Shown piece by piece: positions 38,075 through 52,743 of a stretch of DNA of 64,000 bases. The stretch's first letter is position 1. Every line of letters begins with the position of its first letter. The position numbers and the translations under genes were made by a program. Source of the DNA: Mytilus californianus (taxonomy: Eukaryota); NCBI RefSeq assembly GCF_021869535.1, contig NW_026262679.1:60760001-60824000 (forward strand), in the 5' to 3' direction. The notes beneath the pieces were generated by a model. That model was not told the origin of the DNA. It did no database searches and saw only the letters and a program-made list of their open reading frames with translations.

Positions 38075-38560
38075 CATTTCTTGTCTAACATCTAGAAATT
38101 GATAATGAGGGTCGGTTAAAAACAAAACTTTACGACAAAAGGAATGATTTCAATTGTGAACTTCCAAGTGATGAAGTTGAAATCATCCCTTCGTAAATTT
38201 TACGGACGCCGTCACGAGTTGGATGACCGTTATGGAATATTTGTTTCACAAATGACGACGGATATGTTCCAATTGTCGTAACTTCAATCTCGTCCCCTTT
38301 CCCCGAATGTGTTATCACCGGGTTTGTACTTACATGAGCAACACGACGGGTGCCACATGTGGAGCAAGATCTGCCTACCCTTCCGGAGCACCTAAGATCA
38401 CCCCAGTTTTTGGTGGGGTTCGTGTTGCTCAGTCTTTGGTTTTCTATGTTGTTTTGTGTGTAGTGTTGTTTGTTTGTCTTTTTCTTTTTTATCCATGGCG
38501 TTGTCAGTTTATTTTCGACTTATGAGTTTGAATGTCCCTTTGGTATCCTTCGACTCTATT
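38075..38560 (+). mobile_element. Penelope-like element 3' fragment with an internal deletion and 3' tail
   Basis: HLEIDNEGRLKTKLYDKR jumps to LKSSLRKFYGR.HEL.DRYGI, then the GGAGCA.GATCTGCCTACCCTTCCGGAGCACCT tail. Confidence 0.8.
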
Positions 38561-41128
38561 TTAAATTTAAGAATCTTTTACGTATAATTGTTGCCGTTAG
38601 TCCTGGATAGAGCGGATTTACAACAGCTGAGGTCACAAACGGAACCAAAAGATGAGGTGATTAGTTTTATGCAGTATTGACTTTCATTTAAAAAGATATA
38701 ACATATTTACATTGCGCTGTTTAGATATCAAAATTAGTCATTGTTCTATTCTATAATGGAAAGAAAGAATAATTAATTTCTGTCGCTAAAATAGTCATTG
38801 ATAATTTTACTTTTCGTTAAAATTGGCTGACATCTTATGGGGAGTTGATTACACAAAACTTGTACCATCTTTTATAACGTTAACTGAAAAATAACTAAAA
38901 GTCTGGAAGAATACGAAAAAATACCTCAAACAATTTCATTTTAGCAGGAGCGTAGTTTCAACATATGTGCAATCTTTCTGTGAAGTTTCAGGGATCTTGT
39001 TTAAAAATTGTAGGAATGGTTGTTTACACTAATTAGGTATCCACTTTCCCCCGATATCCGCCCGCCCATCCGTCCGACATCGCCATACTGCAAGCCAGTT
39101 CTGGACATAGCCCAACCCTGCAAAAACCGCTGGCATAGTACAATTTATAATCAGACCATAATATAACTATATTTTCAGCTGAGTATAAAATCGTTAAAGA
39201 TTTATGAATCAAACATGTCACAATGTACTAGTAGCTACATATTTACAGAACAAGACATCCATCAAATTAACCCATTGCACCTTTCACAACATAGTATATT
39301 ATGCCATTTGACAGCCTGTTAGCTGAAAGAATGTGGATAGCGTAATATAAATTGGAAAAGTAATTGGAAAATGAATAACAAAAGTCATAAGATGAATATT
39401 TTAAAAAACTATGACGCTAACCTAGTATGTTTTTGTTCGATAGCAACGAATTTTGAAATATTTATGTTGGAAATTGCTATTTTCTTAAGTTAATCGGGAA
39501 AATTCTTGTAAAGACAACACTGATACAACTTTTTGTTTTAAATATATCGGTAAAGTTAATTCAATGTATATTTTTAAGCAGCTTTTCCATGGTTTTTGAA
39601 GATGATTCTATTAATATAAGAATAAGAAGATGTGTTATGATTGTCAATGAGACAATTTTCTACCGGTGACGAAATGACACAGAAGTTAGCAACTATATGT
39701 CACCGCGCGGCCTTCCATAATGAGCAAATCCAATACCGCATAGGAAACTTTAAAAAACCCTGCCATGATGAATGTAAAGTAATTCGACCCTGAAGACTAA
39801 CGGCCTGATTTATGTAAAAAAAAAAAAAATTAAATTCCCAGTTGATTAATTCAAAAAAATTTTATTAACTAAGGTTCTAGCTCCATGGACAAAGTTAGAC
39901 GAACGAAATTTAGAAGGTGTTATATGTATTTTAAAAAAAAAAGGAAAACAGTGATATGATTTTGTTCATTTTTACAGGTAGTTGTAAGAAAGTACTTTAA
40001 TTGTTAATGACAGATATTTAGAAATAAAATAAAACAGAAATAAGCTCCACGTCGATGTACTCACAAATTATTCAAATACGTGTTTTAGCACGGGAATGCA
40101 ATCAGTAGAATATAAATATAAATCCCAGAATAGTTTTGTAATATATGTTCCTTGTCCTTTTGACGCTAAATATAGGTCTTTTGGGTAATATCAGTTCCTA
40201 TAAATCGACTCTGATGGACATGAAATGTAATTTGCATCAGAACTGCAAGCGTTATTTATAGCTTTGAATCTGCTTTCTCCCAATAAAATTCTGATTATGG
40301 TTCAAAAGAAAATTGAAGATACACGATCGAACATGAAGATTAATATAAATGTTTAAAGGCCTTAATAACATTCAAATGAAAATTGATGGTTAACCAAATA
40401 ATTGTTTTGTTGACTTTTGTAACAGGAATACTTCGTGGTGCATATGCTGAAACATAATTTTAACAATAATGTAACACAAATGTGTCATAGCAATGCACAA
40501 TAGAAGATTGATAGACGTAATGATTAATTATTTTACATGAGGAAACACTCCTCTGCAGTAGTAAAATTGGTACAAATAATAAAAGGTTCTCGTGATAGAC
40601 TAAATCCATTCAAACAATATATTAAAAAAAAAATCTTTAAATAATCCACATTTAATATCAAGCGAACAACATTAAATGATCCCTGTGAGCAACAATAGAA
40701 ATCTCTATTTTGAGTCTGATACGTAATGTATCAATGTCGAATAGAATTATCGTTTCAATGTGTTGCCGGAGAGGAGAGGTAAGAATTGCCTCAAAGTAGA
40801 CTGGCTGATGATCAACAAGGTGACGTCAAAGTTAACAACAGTATGACAATGAATAAATCTCTCTCAAGATTTTGGGTAAACTACGTTCGTTTGAAGGACA
40901 GATGGTATCCCTTGATAATCATGATTTCTCTACTCTATATACTACACTACGGCATAATTTTATCAAATTTCAATTTTCCATAAAATATTTATATATATAT
41001 ATATAGCCGTTACAATTTTTGTTTGGAGTTATATATTGAAACTTATAAAATTTACAATAACGGAATTGGACTTACAGGAAACGATTGCAGCAATTCGTGT
41101 TGATAATATTTATGTTTCATTATTGCAG

Positions 41129-41330
41129 ACTAACATGCACGCAAAGTGGTTTGTGTTCGTACCGTCCTACGACGTGGTATGACTATAAAACTACAACAAA
41201 GTTATTAAGAATGACATTTTTTCTTATACATTCAGGTCCGTGTGTTTCACAGAGAGTCATATGGAAAACAATCATAACTTTACCACATCTCAGCTTAAAG
41301 CATCCTCTGAATATTTGAAGGTCCCTACTA
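41129..41330 (+). other. Two candidate exons (41129-41176 and 41236 to about 41330) of an unidentified, possibly decayed gene
   Basis: Spliced reading LTCTQSGLCSYRPTTW-SVCFTESHMENNHNFTTSQLKASSEY weakly recalls the start of an F5/8 type C domain; the 59-nt intron has canonical GT-AG. Confidence 0.3.
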
Positions 41331-41889
41331 TGCATTGGTTACGTACAGTACACAAAAAAGCGTAAAATAGCGTTTCATTGTGGCATCTAGTAAGTGTTCT
41401 GCAACTAATCTGTCAATGCCTCTATATAGTTCTTACTACTATCAAAAAACTTTTCATTAACTTTTGTAATAAAGCATATGAAAACATTGATTCAACTATT
41501 TTTGAATTGTGAAAATTTCTTTAGAGGTTTATAAAATACCTAAGTTTGATGGTCCTTTTAATTCGTTGACAGTTTTGACTTTTCAACGCTTTACACATTA
41601 CTTCCATACAATCTTATCAAACCAGAGGTTTACTATTTAATTTAAATCGTCGTTTGAAAAATCTGATTGCAAATTTATCTGCTGCAAATCTTATTGATAT
41701 AAAAATAAAAAGGAGATGAGGTATGAATGACAATGCGACAACTATCCACCAAGGTTCAAATGAAGTGGATGTAAGCAATTATAGACAACCGTACGGCCTT
41801 CAACAAGGAGAAAAACCCAAAGTCTGCTATAAAAGGCCCCGACATGAAAAATATGAAACAATTCAATTGAGAAAACTAACGGCCTAATT

Positions 41890-42730
41890 TAGAGCTTTCT
41901 TCTGTAATGAAAAGGATAAATATGCTTGATGTACTTACTGAAAGTGTGATGAGATGATTAAAGCTGTAAATCATCTCCTTGACAACATATGTGTACTTTT
42001 CGGCAATAAAGTTTATCGACAGTTTGTAGGTATACCTGTGACACCTATTGCAGCCTTTTGATAGCAGACTTGTACCTGTATTGTTATGATTGATAGATTG
42101 ATTGCTGGTTTGTTAAACGTCCGGTTGCAATTATTTTATGCATGTTCAGGACGAGTTTTGTTATGAATCACAGTTTATGGCCAAACTCATTAAAGATCCG
42201 TCTATAAATTTAACAACACTTTTTTTTATGATATTTTTTTAGTTTAATAACCAAGAAGTCTCTAAATATACTGTCGCAATTAACCAAAGGATCTTAAGTC
42301 AAATAAATGCAATATAAACAGCAATTATTATAACTGTCCGTTCCTAGATTAAAACTTTCAGATTAACACAGGAAATACACAAAAGGGGACGATTTTCGTG
42401 AATTTTCCTTTTTTTTTGGACGGAAATTCTCCTTTGGCACCATCGTACGGTATAAATATATCCCAACTCTTTCGTCATTGTCTGTATTGACATTTTTGTA
42501 TTTCAATGAATGCAATCTACGTATTACTGGTAAATGATCCAGTCAAGGGTTTCGTTACCACAAATTACTTTAGACCTTTACTACTAAACTCGTTCATAGA
42601 TACAAATTTTTGGTTTGGAAATTTGGTTGTATCTTGATACAAACGATATAGCACATCATAATCTATACGGTGATGTTGTTTACCGAGCTCGTAAGCTTAG
42701 ATACAATACGGGTGAACTATTGATCCTTTA
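41890..42730 (+). mobile_element. Decayed Penelope-like RT 3' fragment
   Basis: Relics of LLDNICVLFGNKVYRQFVGIP, ADLYLYCY, KRDDF and APSYGI.ISQL motifs. Confidence 0.7.
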
Positions 42731-45639
42731 TATAAACTTATTCTTAAATAAATATTGTGTTTTGTAGGTAAATATTTTATTACCAATAAATTAAAACCAA
42801 GCCAATCATTATGAATATAGTTACGTATATGTATGTTCAAAATCATACATTCTGTCGATACCTATAATATTTTGAAATTGCACAAGAGTAAGTTTTTTTT
42901 TCTGACTGTTAATGACATCCTTACACTAAATCCACTGGAAGTTGGATATGTTCTAAACGATTTTTTAGTCTTCAGATACATAACTTTTGTAGTAGTTGTT
43001 ATTTGCTTTCAGTCACTGCGAGTACTTCAGATCTGTACTTTGTGTCTTTTGTCTTTTGTGTTTTTGTTAGTTGTGTTTGTGATTTGAAAAGAATCGAAAC
43101 CCTTTCAACTGATTTTGATAGTTTGTTCTTATGTTGTGCTGTCCGAAGTAAGGGGAGGATTGAGCGCCCGCAAACATATTTAACCCCGCCATATTCTATA
43201 TGTTCCTGTCCAAAGTCAGGAGCCTGTACTTGAGTGGTTGTCGTTTTCATTTACTGATGTTAATCATAATTGTTTTTTGTTTGTTGTTTTGTATAGTTTG
43301 TTCGTGTGCTGTACTGTTGCACCACTGTCCAATGGCTAGGTTAGGGGAGTTAACGGCCGCATCACTAGTTGTCGTTTGTTGCTGTAACTATGTCATATTC
43401 ATTTTTCGTTTATTGTATTGTATAGTTTGTTCGTGTGTTGTGCTGTTGCACCACTGTCCCAGGTTAGGGGGGGGGGGGGGGGGTTGCTTGCCCGCTTGCA
43501 AGTTTAATCCCGTCACATCAGTGGTTGCTGGTTGTTGTTGTAACTATATCATATTTGGTTTTTTTTCGTTAACCATGTTAACTGTTTAAAACATAAATTA
43601 CCTTTAACGTCTATGTTATATAGGGACCTACGTTTTAATATTGTATTTATATTGTATCATAGATCAAACTTATTTGTTCAGAGTATGTTTACTTGTTTTT
43701 GTTTAAACATCTTTTTGATCGAGTTAAGCCATTTCAATTGATATTTTATAGTGTGTCTTTTTATGTTGTAATGTTACACTACTGTCTCAGGTTAGGGTGA
43801 AGGTTGGCGCCTGTTAAAACGTTTAAACCCGCTGCATTTGTATGCACCTGTCCAAAGTTGTTCAGTGGTTGTCGTTTGTTGGTGTGGTTCATAGGTGTTT
43901 CTCGTTTCTCGTTTTTTATATAGATTAGACCGTTGGTTTTCCTGGTTGAATTGTTTTACACTAGTCATTTTTTGGCCCTTTATAGCTTGCTGTTCGGTGT
44001 GAGCCAAGACTCCGTGTTGAAGGCCGGACTTTGACCTATAATTGTTAACTTTTTATACACTGTGACTTGGATGGAGAGTTGTTTCATTGGCACTCATACA
44101 ACAATTTCTTATTTATATTGGCGGTTAGTTTATTGTTTGGATTGTGTTACACATGTCATTTCGGGGCTTTTATAGCTTGTTTTGCGGAATGGATCTTGCT
44201 CATATTTGGAGGTCGTGGGGTAACTTATAGTTACTGTCTCATCCGTTATGTTGTCTCTGGTTGAGAGTTGGCTCATTGTCAATAATACAACATCTTCTTA
44301 TTTGTATATTAACTTGCCCTTCTTATAGCCGATTTAGTCTTTTTTAGTGTTACATGTATTAATAACTTCTAATATTGTAAACTACATTTTGTTTTTGTCT
44401 TTTGTTTTGGTTTAGTAATTATTTGGCTATTATAAAGTCAAATGTCTTCCCCTGTACTGATTTCTATTGTATGTTCTTTCATGTTCCCTATGTTAGACCA
44501 ATGTTCAAAATTTTATAGGGGAGCGGTGAGGTCTTATAACATTAAGTTGACGCCGCCAAATTTTTATTTTGCTGGCGAAAGTCAGGAACCTAGTCAGTGG
44601 TTGTTTTTTTATCATATCTAAATATGGTATTGTCTCTTTGGGGATTGGTGTTGATGGCAAATCTATGAAAGTATATTCAATTCTTACTCAATTTTTTTTT
44701 CTCACTCGGGTCGATTTAGAGTTTAATTTAATCGAAGATTATGTGTTGATCTTTTACTAGATGTTCATATTTGTTGGTCTAATTGTCTCATTGGCGTATA
44801 CCCCAGTTCTCCTGTTATTAATATTTAAACGATCATTACATGCCCAAACGTGAACATTTGAAGCGAGATAATGGTCGTTTTTTAACACGAATAATAAATA
44901 AAACAGACAGAAACAATTCAGACATCGAGACGTTAAAAATCATCTGTTGCTGGTTGCATGATATGTCATTCCTAGTTAGTCGTGTTGTCTCCATTTTATC
45001 TTATTGTTAGTTTTGTTGATAATTATTTCATATTTATTGTAAATGTTAAATGTCATAATAAGACAGTTCTTTGTCTCGGGAAATATTAGCTGCATTGCGT
45101 AGGCGCATATTTTATATTTGTTTTTGCAAAATGATTCAAATTTGCTGATCTCCTTTTTTCCGAAATAGATTAGGGAGATATTAATATGATATTGCTTTTC
45201 GTCTTACATAATAATTTCTTCCTTGTTCTACAAATGATGCAATATAGTTTCATAATAATGAATATTAATTCGTCGTGGAATCTATATTATAACAATTTGC
45301 ATGCTGTTTTGTCAGTGTGATCATCTTTGAATGCGTTGTAGTTGATTAAAGAACTGAAATACATAATTAATGACCTTCAAACGATGTGCCAGTGGTTTAG
45401 ATAAAACGCGCCACAGAAGTTAATGGATGTTCAAATCTCATAAATCCATTCGGAAGAGACAAATTAAAGCAACACACAAAACCCGAGGGTAATTAATGAA
45501 ATCTAAAAGGAGTGAAATCTGGTGCATCACCCGCCATACAAACTCGGCCAAACTGTCACAATCGGGAATACGACAAAATCAGTAAAATTAGACCAGACGA
45601 CTTTACCGGTATCTAAAGACCTAAGACCGCGAAAAACAA

Positions 45640-46390
45640 GTCGCTTCTTGTAACTCTGTATGAGCACTTTATGTGCAAGGAGCCCACTCCTGTAAATGTA
45701 GTCCGTATAGTGAAAACATGCAAGAGCGTATCGTATCAACTGAGATATGTAAACACTACAATTGCGCAGAGGGTATGGTACTGCCAAAACGGGAAACTGG
45801 GAAACGGAAGTTGACATTTGAAAAGTTAAAATCATCACGTTTGTCATAAATTTTATTTGAATTCGTCCATCAGAGTCAATATCGAGAAAAAGATCAAGAT
45901 ATGAAGTAAAGCTTCCAATTTTTGGTTGTATCCTTAATCTCAAAAGAAAAACAAGGAAATGGTGTATCCATCCTTGACACAAATTCCGAACATGCACAAA
46001 AAGCAAATGAACAGCGCTTTTATTGATGTTCTTCATCTAAAAGTCAGATTCATTACGATATAAGAGATGTAAGACCTCTTTGAAATATGGATTCTTGAGT
46101 GGCAGAACATCATCAATATATTTGAAAATAAAATTAAAGAACTTTGCTAGATCTTTTTTTTGTCTTTGAGAAGGTTCTGTATGAATTCTGCTTCACGAGT
46201 ACAATAATAAGTCGGCCAGAAGGGGTACACAATTAGTACTCATAATAATACCGACTGTCTGCTGAAATATCAATTCACCAAACAACAAATATGATATCGA
46301 TAAAAAAAAGTCCAGCATTTTGATGATATTATCTTCGGTGTATTTGTTTTTAGAAACAGTATGGTTCTTCATAAAGTACGATTAATCATG
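45640..46390 (-). mobile_element. Decayed Penelope-like RT fragment
   Basis: SYLDLFLDIDSDGRI and VYISQLIRYALAC in ORF 45527-46036; upstream relics continue to about 46390. Confidence 0.75.
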
Positions 46391-46952
46391 ACCTTAATCA
46401 AGGAAGTTCAAATGAAGCGAATGTAAGCAATTAAAGGCAACCGTACGGCCTTTCATGATCATTTTAACATAAGTAGGCATTATATTTGACCATATTTCGA
46501 CAAATATGATGCCTACCCATGTTAAAATAAGTATAGAGCATGACATGAAGGAATTATTTCTTAATTCATATTAATTACTGCAGTTAAGATACCACGTTCA
46601 ATATGAAGATTTTATGTCGACCACGAATCTATATTGTTTGTTACATGTAGCTGATTTACAGAAATTGAATAAATTGTCAAAAAAGACCTCTTTTGATTGA
46701 TGTTGCAAATAAACACATCTAAGCTCACCCATGAGCGTTAATGCTAAATCCGGTGTTACATGTACGAACGTGTTTGGTGAAAGTCTCACGAGTGTGGCTT
46801 CATCAGTGGTCGACTCAATAATTTATTTAACATCGTGTTTTCTTTGCTTTATTGTTTAATTTTTTTTTTATGTTATTGGACCATACACCGGTTGTCTTTG
46901 GATACATTAGTTAATGTGTTGGTTATTTTAGAGCTAAGTACCATATTGCGCT

Positions 46953-49148
46953 CAGTGGCGTAGCTAGGCCATTTGTAAGTGTACGCCCGATACTCGGCGA
47001 GGTGTCTGAGGGACCAAAGCGGGTCCAGGGCACAGAACCTCCTAGTAGGGGGTTGATGGGGTGAAGCCCCAGATACTCGCGTTATCGAGAAAGAGATACC
47101 ATTTCTGTCATTAAAAACTCATCCATAGCTAAATATTTAGAGTCTAGTTTATTTTTTTTTAAGTTTAATGTATTCATTGTGTTGATTTTGAATCCAATGA
47201 TCATTTGTCTTAGAGAAAAATGTCCAAACCAGTTACTTAAAATATGTTTAAAAGGAGATGTGGGATCTACAAATAGCCAAATCAAGATAATAAAAAAAGC
47301 AAGTCTCCATTTCAATATTGTTCTTTTAATTATTTCGACTTCATCTAAATTTTCACCCATTTTTATGCGCAAATTCTGTTAATAGACACATGAAATAAAT
47401 AATTTTCATAGATTTTCAGGTGAAATATAAAATTCGTAAAGAGTTCCGTGGAACCCTGTGTCTCGCCTGGGATTACTTCTGTCAGTGTGACTATAAAAAG
47501 TTATCTATTGATAAGTGAAATACATGATTTAAGAAAAGAAAAACTTTATCTTTAAGATAAGCTTATTTCCAAGGTTCATAACAATCTATGAAGGTTTACA
47601 AATTCATCATGTAAAAACAGACCGTCTGTTAATTATAAAAAAAAAATAAGTCAGTAAAATACTGAAAAATAAAAAAATAAAAAAAATAATTTCAAAATTA
47701 TCTCTTTTAAAATCTTTAAAAAGCTTCTGCCAAATGTTCATAAAATTTCATGAAAGTTTTGACAAAGTAATTGATTTGTAACAAACTTTAACCTCAAAAT
47801 GTATCTTCTTATTAACTACAAAACAACAAAGTCCTTTTATTAGTTAAATACGGAAAATAAAAAATATATATTTTCATTATGCTCTGGATACTGACTTTTG
47901 ATCATTAAAAGTTTGTGTCCAACTTAGGTAAAATTTCATGAAGGTTTGACAAAGTAATTGATTTCTGAAAAAAAACTTTAACCTTGTACGGCATCTAAAT
48001 ATTAACTGTAAACAAAAGTTAATAGATATAAGAAGATGTGGTATGAGTGCCAATGAGACAACTCTCCAACCGAGTCAAAATTTATAAAAGTAAACCATTA
48101 TAGGTCAAAGAACGGTCTTCAACACGGAGCCTTGGCTCACACCGAACAGCAAGCTATAAAGGGCCCCAAAAATTACTAGTGTAAAACCATTCAAACGGGA
48201 AAACCAACGGTCTAATCTATATAAAAAACGAGAAACGAGAAACACTTATGAACCACATCAACAAACGACAAGTCCATTTAGTCGACCGTGCAAGACCCTC
48301 ATTGAAGTCAAGGTCGTTAAACACCCCCTAGTAGTTAAATATCGTTGACATAACACTAGTGGTTTCCCATAAACAAACTTATTACAAACTAATGCATGTA
48401 AACCAAGCAAAAGTTTCAAAGTCAATAGACCATGACTGAGGGGGCGGGACCAAACAATCGCCATGGAAATGAGATGTGTCAATGATAATACAACTGCATA
48501 CTAAATATTATTTGCCTACCACTAGTGGTTCCTCATAAAGTGACCTAATAACAAACTTATACATTGTTGACGCCGCCGCCGACAACGACGCAGGAAACAA
48601 CATACCTATGTCTCACTTTTTGACTCTGTCAAGGCGAGACAAAAATCAAAAGAAATATTCATAAAATTTTGCTCTGAATACTGTCTTAAATTTGGTCATA
48701 AAAAGCTTCCGTCTAACTTCCGTAAAATTCCATGAATGTTTGACAAAGTTATTGATAAAACCAAAAATAACTTTAACAACAGACTGAACCTAAATGTTGA
48801 CGACACCGATGGAATCTAGGAACGCTTAGCCACGGTCTCGTTTTCCCGACATTAATGTCGCAGGCTCGTCAAAAATGCAAATCACATATCGAATGAATTA
48901 CTTTAAACAATAGGAAACTGAGTAGAATTCACAGTAGATTCAGACTTTGACGGAAAATGAACGAATATGTAATGTGAAACTATTTCATTAAAAAGTAAAT
49001 TTCGTGAATTTTAAAATTTATTATTGAAGAAAGAATATGAAGGCTCGTGTGGTTTAAGCTTTTTTTTATTTGTTTAGATTAATTATTTTTTTCTCCTAAA
49101 TTCATGTGTACGCCCGGGCGTTTTGACGTAAACGTAGCTACGCGCCTG
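46953..49148. mobile_element. Non-autonomous TIR element with a 5-bp TSD (hAT5-like), about 0.76 kb without nested inserts
   Basis: CAGTGGCGTAGCTAGG vs the reverse complement of the right end, CAGGCGCGTAGCTACG (13/16); GCGCT duplicated at 46948-46952 and 49149-49153. Confidence 0.75.
47439..48875 (-). mobile_element. Nested HINE cluster: outer HINE with ~180-bp repeats, containing a retroposon tail (48020-48268) and a second HINE (about 48268-48645)
   Basis: AAGAGTTCCGTGGAAC hairpin and TGTCTCGCC subTIR; TTTGACAAAGT.ATTGAT repeats on both sides of the inserts; (GCC)n and GGCGAGACAAAAA end of the inner element. Confidence 0.7.
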
Positions 49149-51170
49149 GCGCTGTGAAAATTCTAAAGAGCTGTATCTGCAAATGCTTTGAAAATAGTTC
49201 TTGTTTTTTATGTCTTTTATAAGCTTAAAGGATTAATGGTTTTCTAAAACAAGTTTCCAGTGTTTGATTGATACAACAAAATTCATTTCCAAGAAGTTAA
49301 GTGGTTTTAGGTTAACTAATTGTTATTTGCTTAACCTAAACGTCTAGTGACAAATTTTGCACATTCATAACTATATTGGTTGTAAATATAGCAATAATGA
49401 TAAAATGTATTTCGTGATACACTGGCGCCAAATGATTCATGCATTATTACGTAATATGCTTCAATTCTAATTTCTTTGTCTAAAAATGTTTCTCAAAAAA
49501 ATTTGACAACGTTTCACTTATTTTAGTTTATCATAGTAAAACTCATTTTCCTCTAAATTTGGAAACTGTTTATATATTCATTGTAAAATTGTCATTCATA
49601 TGCAATTTATTATTAGTGTTTTATTTACACTGCAGACGCTGACAAAGATAACCACACCGTCGTAATTAAATGTAAACACGACAAATCATCAGATTAACAA
49701 CCAAATACAGACAAAGTGCAATTATAGTTCTAAGTCCTGCTCGGTGACAAAAAATATATACCATGAACATGATAATATGGTAGTGTCTGTCTATGTACTT
49801 AAGGGTTTTAAATACTTATAAACAATTAATGACAGCTGAAGATAAAAACATTCTAGATAGTAAATGAAGGTTTCTTTTTGGGAAGGGGGTCTTCATTTCT
49901 TTATTACTTTTATTTTGTAAGCCATTTTTCACTTTTCTTTATATTTTGATTTCTATTATTCTCTTTTCTCTATATTAAAGCATTTCATTTTTCTGTTTTC
50001 TTCATATTTTTGCATCCAATTATTCTATTTTCATTATATTTTATTTCCATTATTCTCTATTCTTTATATTTTAGCATCCAATTATTCTCTACTTTTTATT
50101 TCCCTCATTTTTAACAATTCTTTATTTTGTTTCCCCCCTTTTCTGTAAACTTCATCTAGACCCTCATAAATGTAGGCGAGACAGTAGCAAACGATACAGG
50201 AAACATCATTCGTATACTGGCTTTTAACAGTCATCTTTACAACTTAAAACTAGCTTTCGTTTTCCTATCGGAGGTAATTAATCATTCTATTTTTTTATCT
50301 TTTATCTGTCTTCTTGTTTTGTTTTTATATTTATCCTTTTTCCTGCATTTATCACTTAAAGAATATTTGTTTGTCTCTTAAAGTACTACCAGCTTGTGCG
50401 AAGAAAATGTGGACATTCAATATAGGGAAAAATACTTTAAATTTTTCAAGACCTAACGGTACACATTTTAGTATATGATAATTCGTAATTTGCATCCCAC
50501 CGAGTATCACATCTCGAAGGTTTTTATTAATTTAGGGCGGGTGATCGTAATCAAAGAACGTCGTTTGTACAATTTCTATATGAAACAAGTTAGTATAATG
50601 AATGCAAGTTAGTATAATGAATGCCCTTTATAGCTTACTGTTCGGTGTGGGCCAAGGCTCCGTGTTGAAGACCGTACTGTGACCTATAATGGTTTACTTT
50701 TAAAAATTTTGACTTGGATGGAGAGTTGTCTCATTGGCACTCATACCACATCTTCTTATATCTATTGTGCTATTAAACATATGAACTCATAAAAACGCTT
50801 GGGTTCATAAATAACACATTGTTCATTAAAATTTCTTTAATCATGGCAATTTTTAACCAAGCAAGTTGTTCTTTTTTGTGAGAAGCATGATCATTTAACA
50901 AATACGTCTATTTCGTTATTTCCGGTGGATACTTCTTATTCTACCATCATAGACGAGACGTCTTATGGAATACCGTTGTCCGTGCGGTCACACCTCCACA
51001 CGTAATACAAATGCAAAGATACTGAATTGATTTCTACTTTTATTAATATGCCATGTTTTTCTTGCAATATCATTAACGGTACCCTTTTTATTGCACCAGA
51101 TTCGCATTTCGGCATTTACTGTGCTCCTGGTGCAGCTGTTTATTTTATTTTGATATCTTCACATTCATTC

Positions 51171-52743
51171 CAGGGATAGGCACGGTTACTGACAAATGTA
51201 ATCGATTAATAATCGATTACATGAAGGATTTTTGTGCAATCGATTAATAATCGATTACTCTGAATTTTGTATGTAATCGATTGCAATCGATTACTTTATC
51301 AAAAGTAATTATATTACTTTTCGATTATTATCAATTACATGCTATAAAATATTGAAGAAAGTTTAAACACAACTTATTTAGAGTGGTAATTTGGAACTTT
51401 ACAAAAACAGCTTTTAAAGCATTGTTTTCAAATGTTTTCAAATCGTTTTCTAGATAGACACTCTTAGAGAGGATCTAAACTATTCATATATTCTTGAGTG
51501 AGCGATGATAAACATGAGAACATTCTTTAAATGAAATCGACAATTGTATCAATTGCTTCCTTATATTGTAGGTCATTTTCTCCATAGTTTGCTAATTTTT
51601 GCTGTCATACTGACTTAGTTTTGATATTTACTCTTATTTAACAGGATGGTATATTTGAATATAATGAGTATGAGAGGTTTCCTATGAAAAAAAATAAATA
51701 AGAAGAGTTAGTTTTTTAACTAATTTTAAAAGATGGAAATTTATAATTTATAGTAACATGAATGAATTTATCCTTTTGTTTGGATAATCCCCCTAATTAC
51801 AGGTTATACAATTGCCAATGGAGAACAACTTATAACCTAAATTCAACAACATGTAGTAAATCTCTCATTTAATTAAACATAATTGAAAGCAAAACATAGT
51901 CTGTATCTCATTGATTAGAGGTCTTTGATCATCTGATTAGTAATTATAAAAACAAGAAGATTTTTGAGAATTCTTTGTTCTCTTTTCAAAATCATAAACA
52001 AGTTACATTTTAGTGACACAATGGGATACAAGTATCTATTACTGAACAAAAATTTCAATGCATTGGTTCCTTGTAAAAATGTTTTGTATTCTTTCCTAAT
52101 TTTGATGTCATAACACTATGACAAATCAACAGTTTATCTACTCTAAGCTAGAGTTCTAAATATAATTGAAAATTAAGCTTTAAAAAAGGTTATTACATAT
52201 ATAAAAGCATTCTTCTTTAGTATAGTACAAAACTTAACTTAGGACTACAAGTACATTTATGTATTTTCCTATTTTAAATCTATTTTCTTAATTTTAACAT
52301 TTTTGTGTTTAATAGAAAATATCTCAAATTATTGACAAGCATTGGAAGTCATTTATTTCAAAAGCTGGAAATAAAGTAAAATTTGTTAGCCTAGGAGATC
52401 TGGTTTATCATAATGCAGCTTGAGACAACAGATCTAAATAAGGTATTCGATAAACTCTCAAGTAATACTGATACATTCTATTTTATCAGTACTTTAAACT
52501 GATGAATACATGCAGTTGTCTATTTTCATTTAAACTAGGTTTTATTTCAAACTATATTACTAAAGTAATCGAAATGTAATCGAAAAGTAATCAATGATTA
52601 CATCATAATTTTTGCTGTAATCGAGTAAATTACGATTACATGTAATCGAAAATGTTGTCGATTACAGATTACTGTCGATTACTTGAACAAATGTAATCAA
52701 TTACAATCGATTACGATTACAGATTACGATTACCCCATCCCTG
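51171..52743. mobile_element. Non-autonomous hAT element, 1573 bp
   Basis: CAGGGATAGG / CCCATCCCTG termini, subterminal GATTAC/GTAATC arrays in both arms, perfect 8-bp TSD ATTCATTC. Confidence 0.93.
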
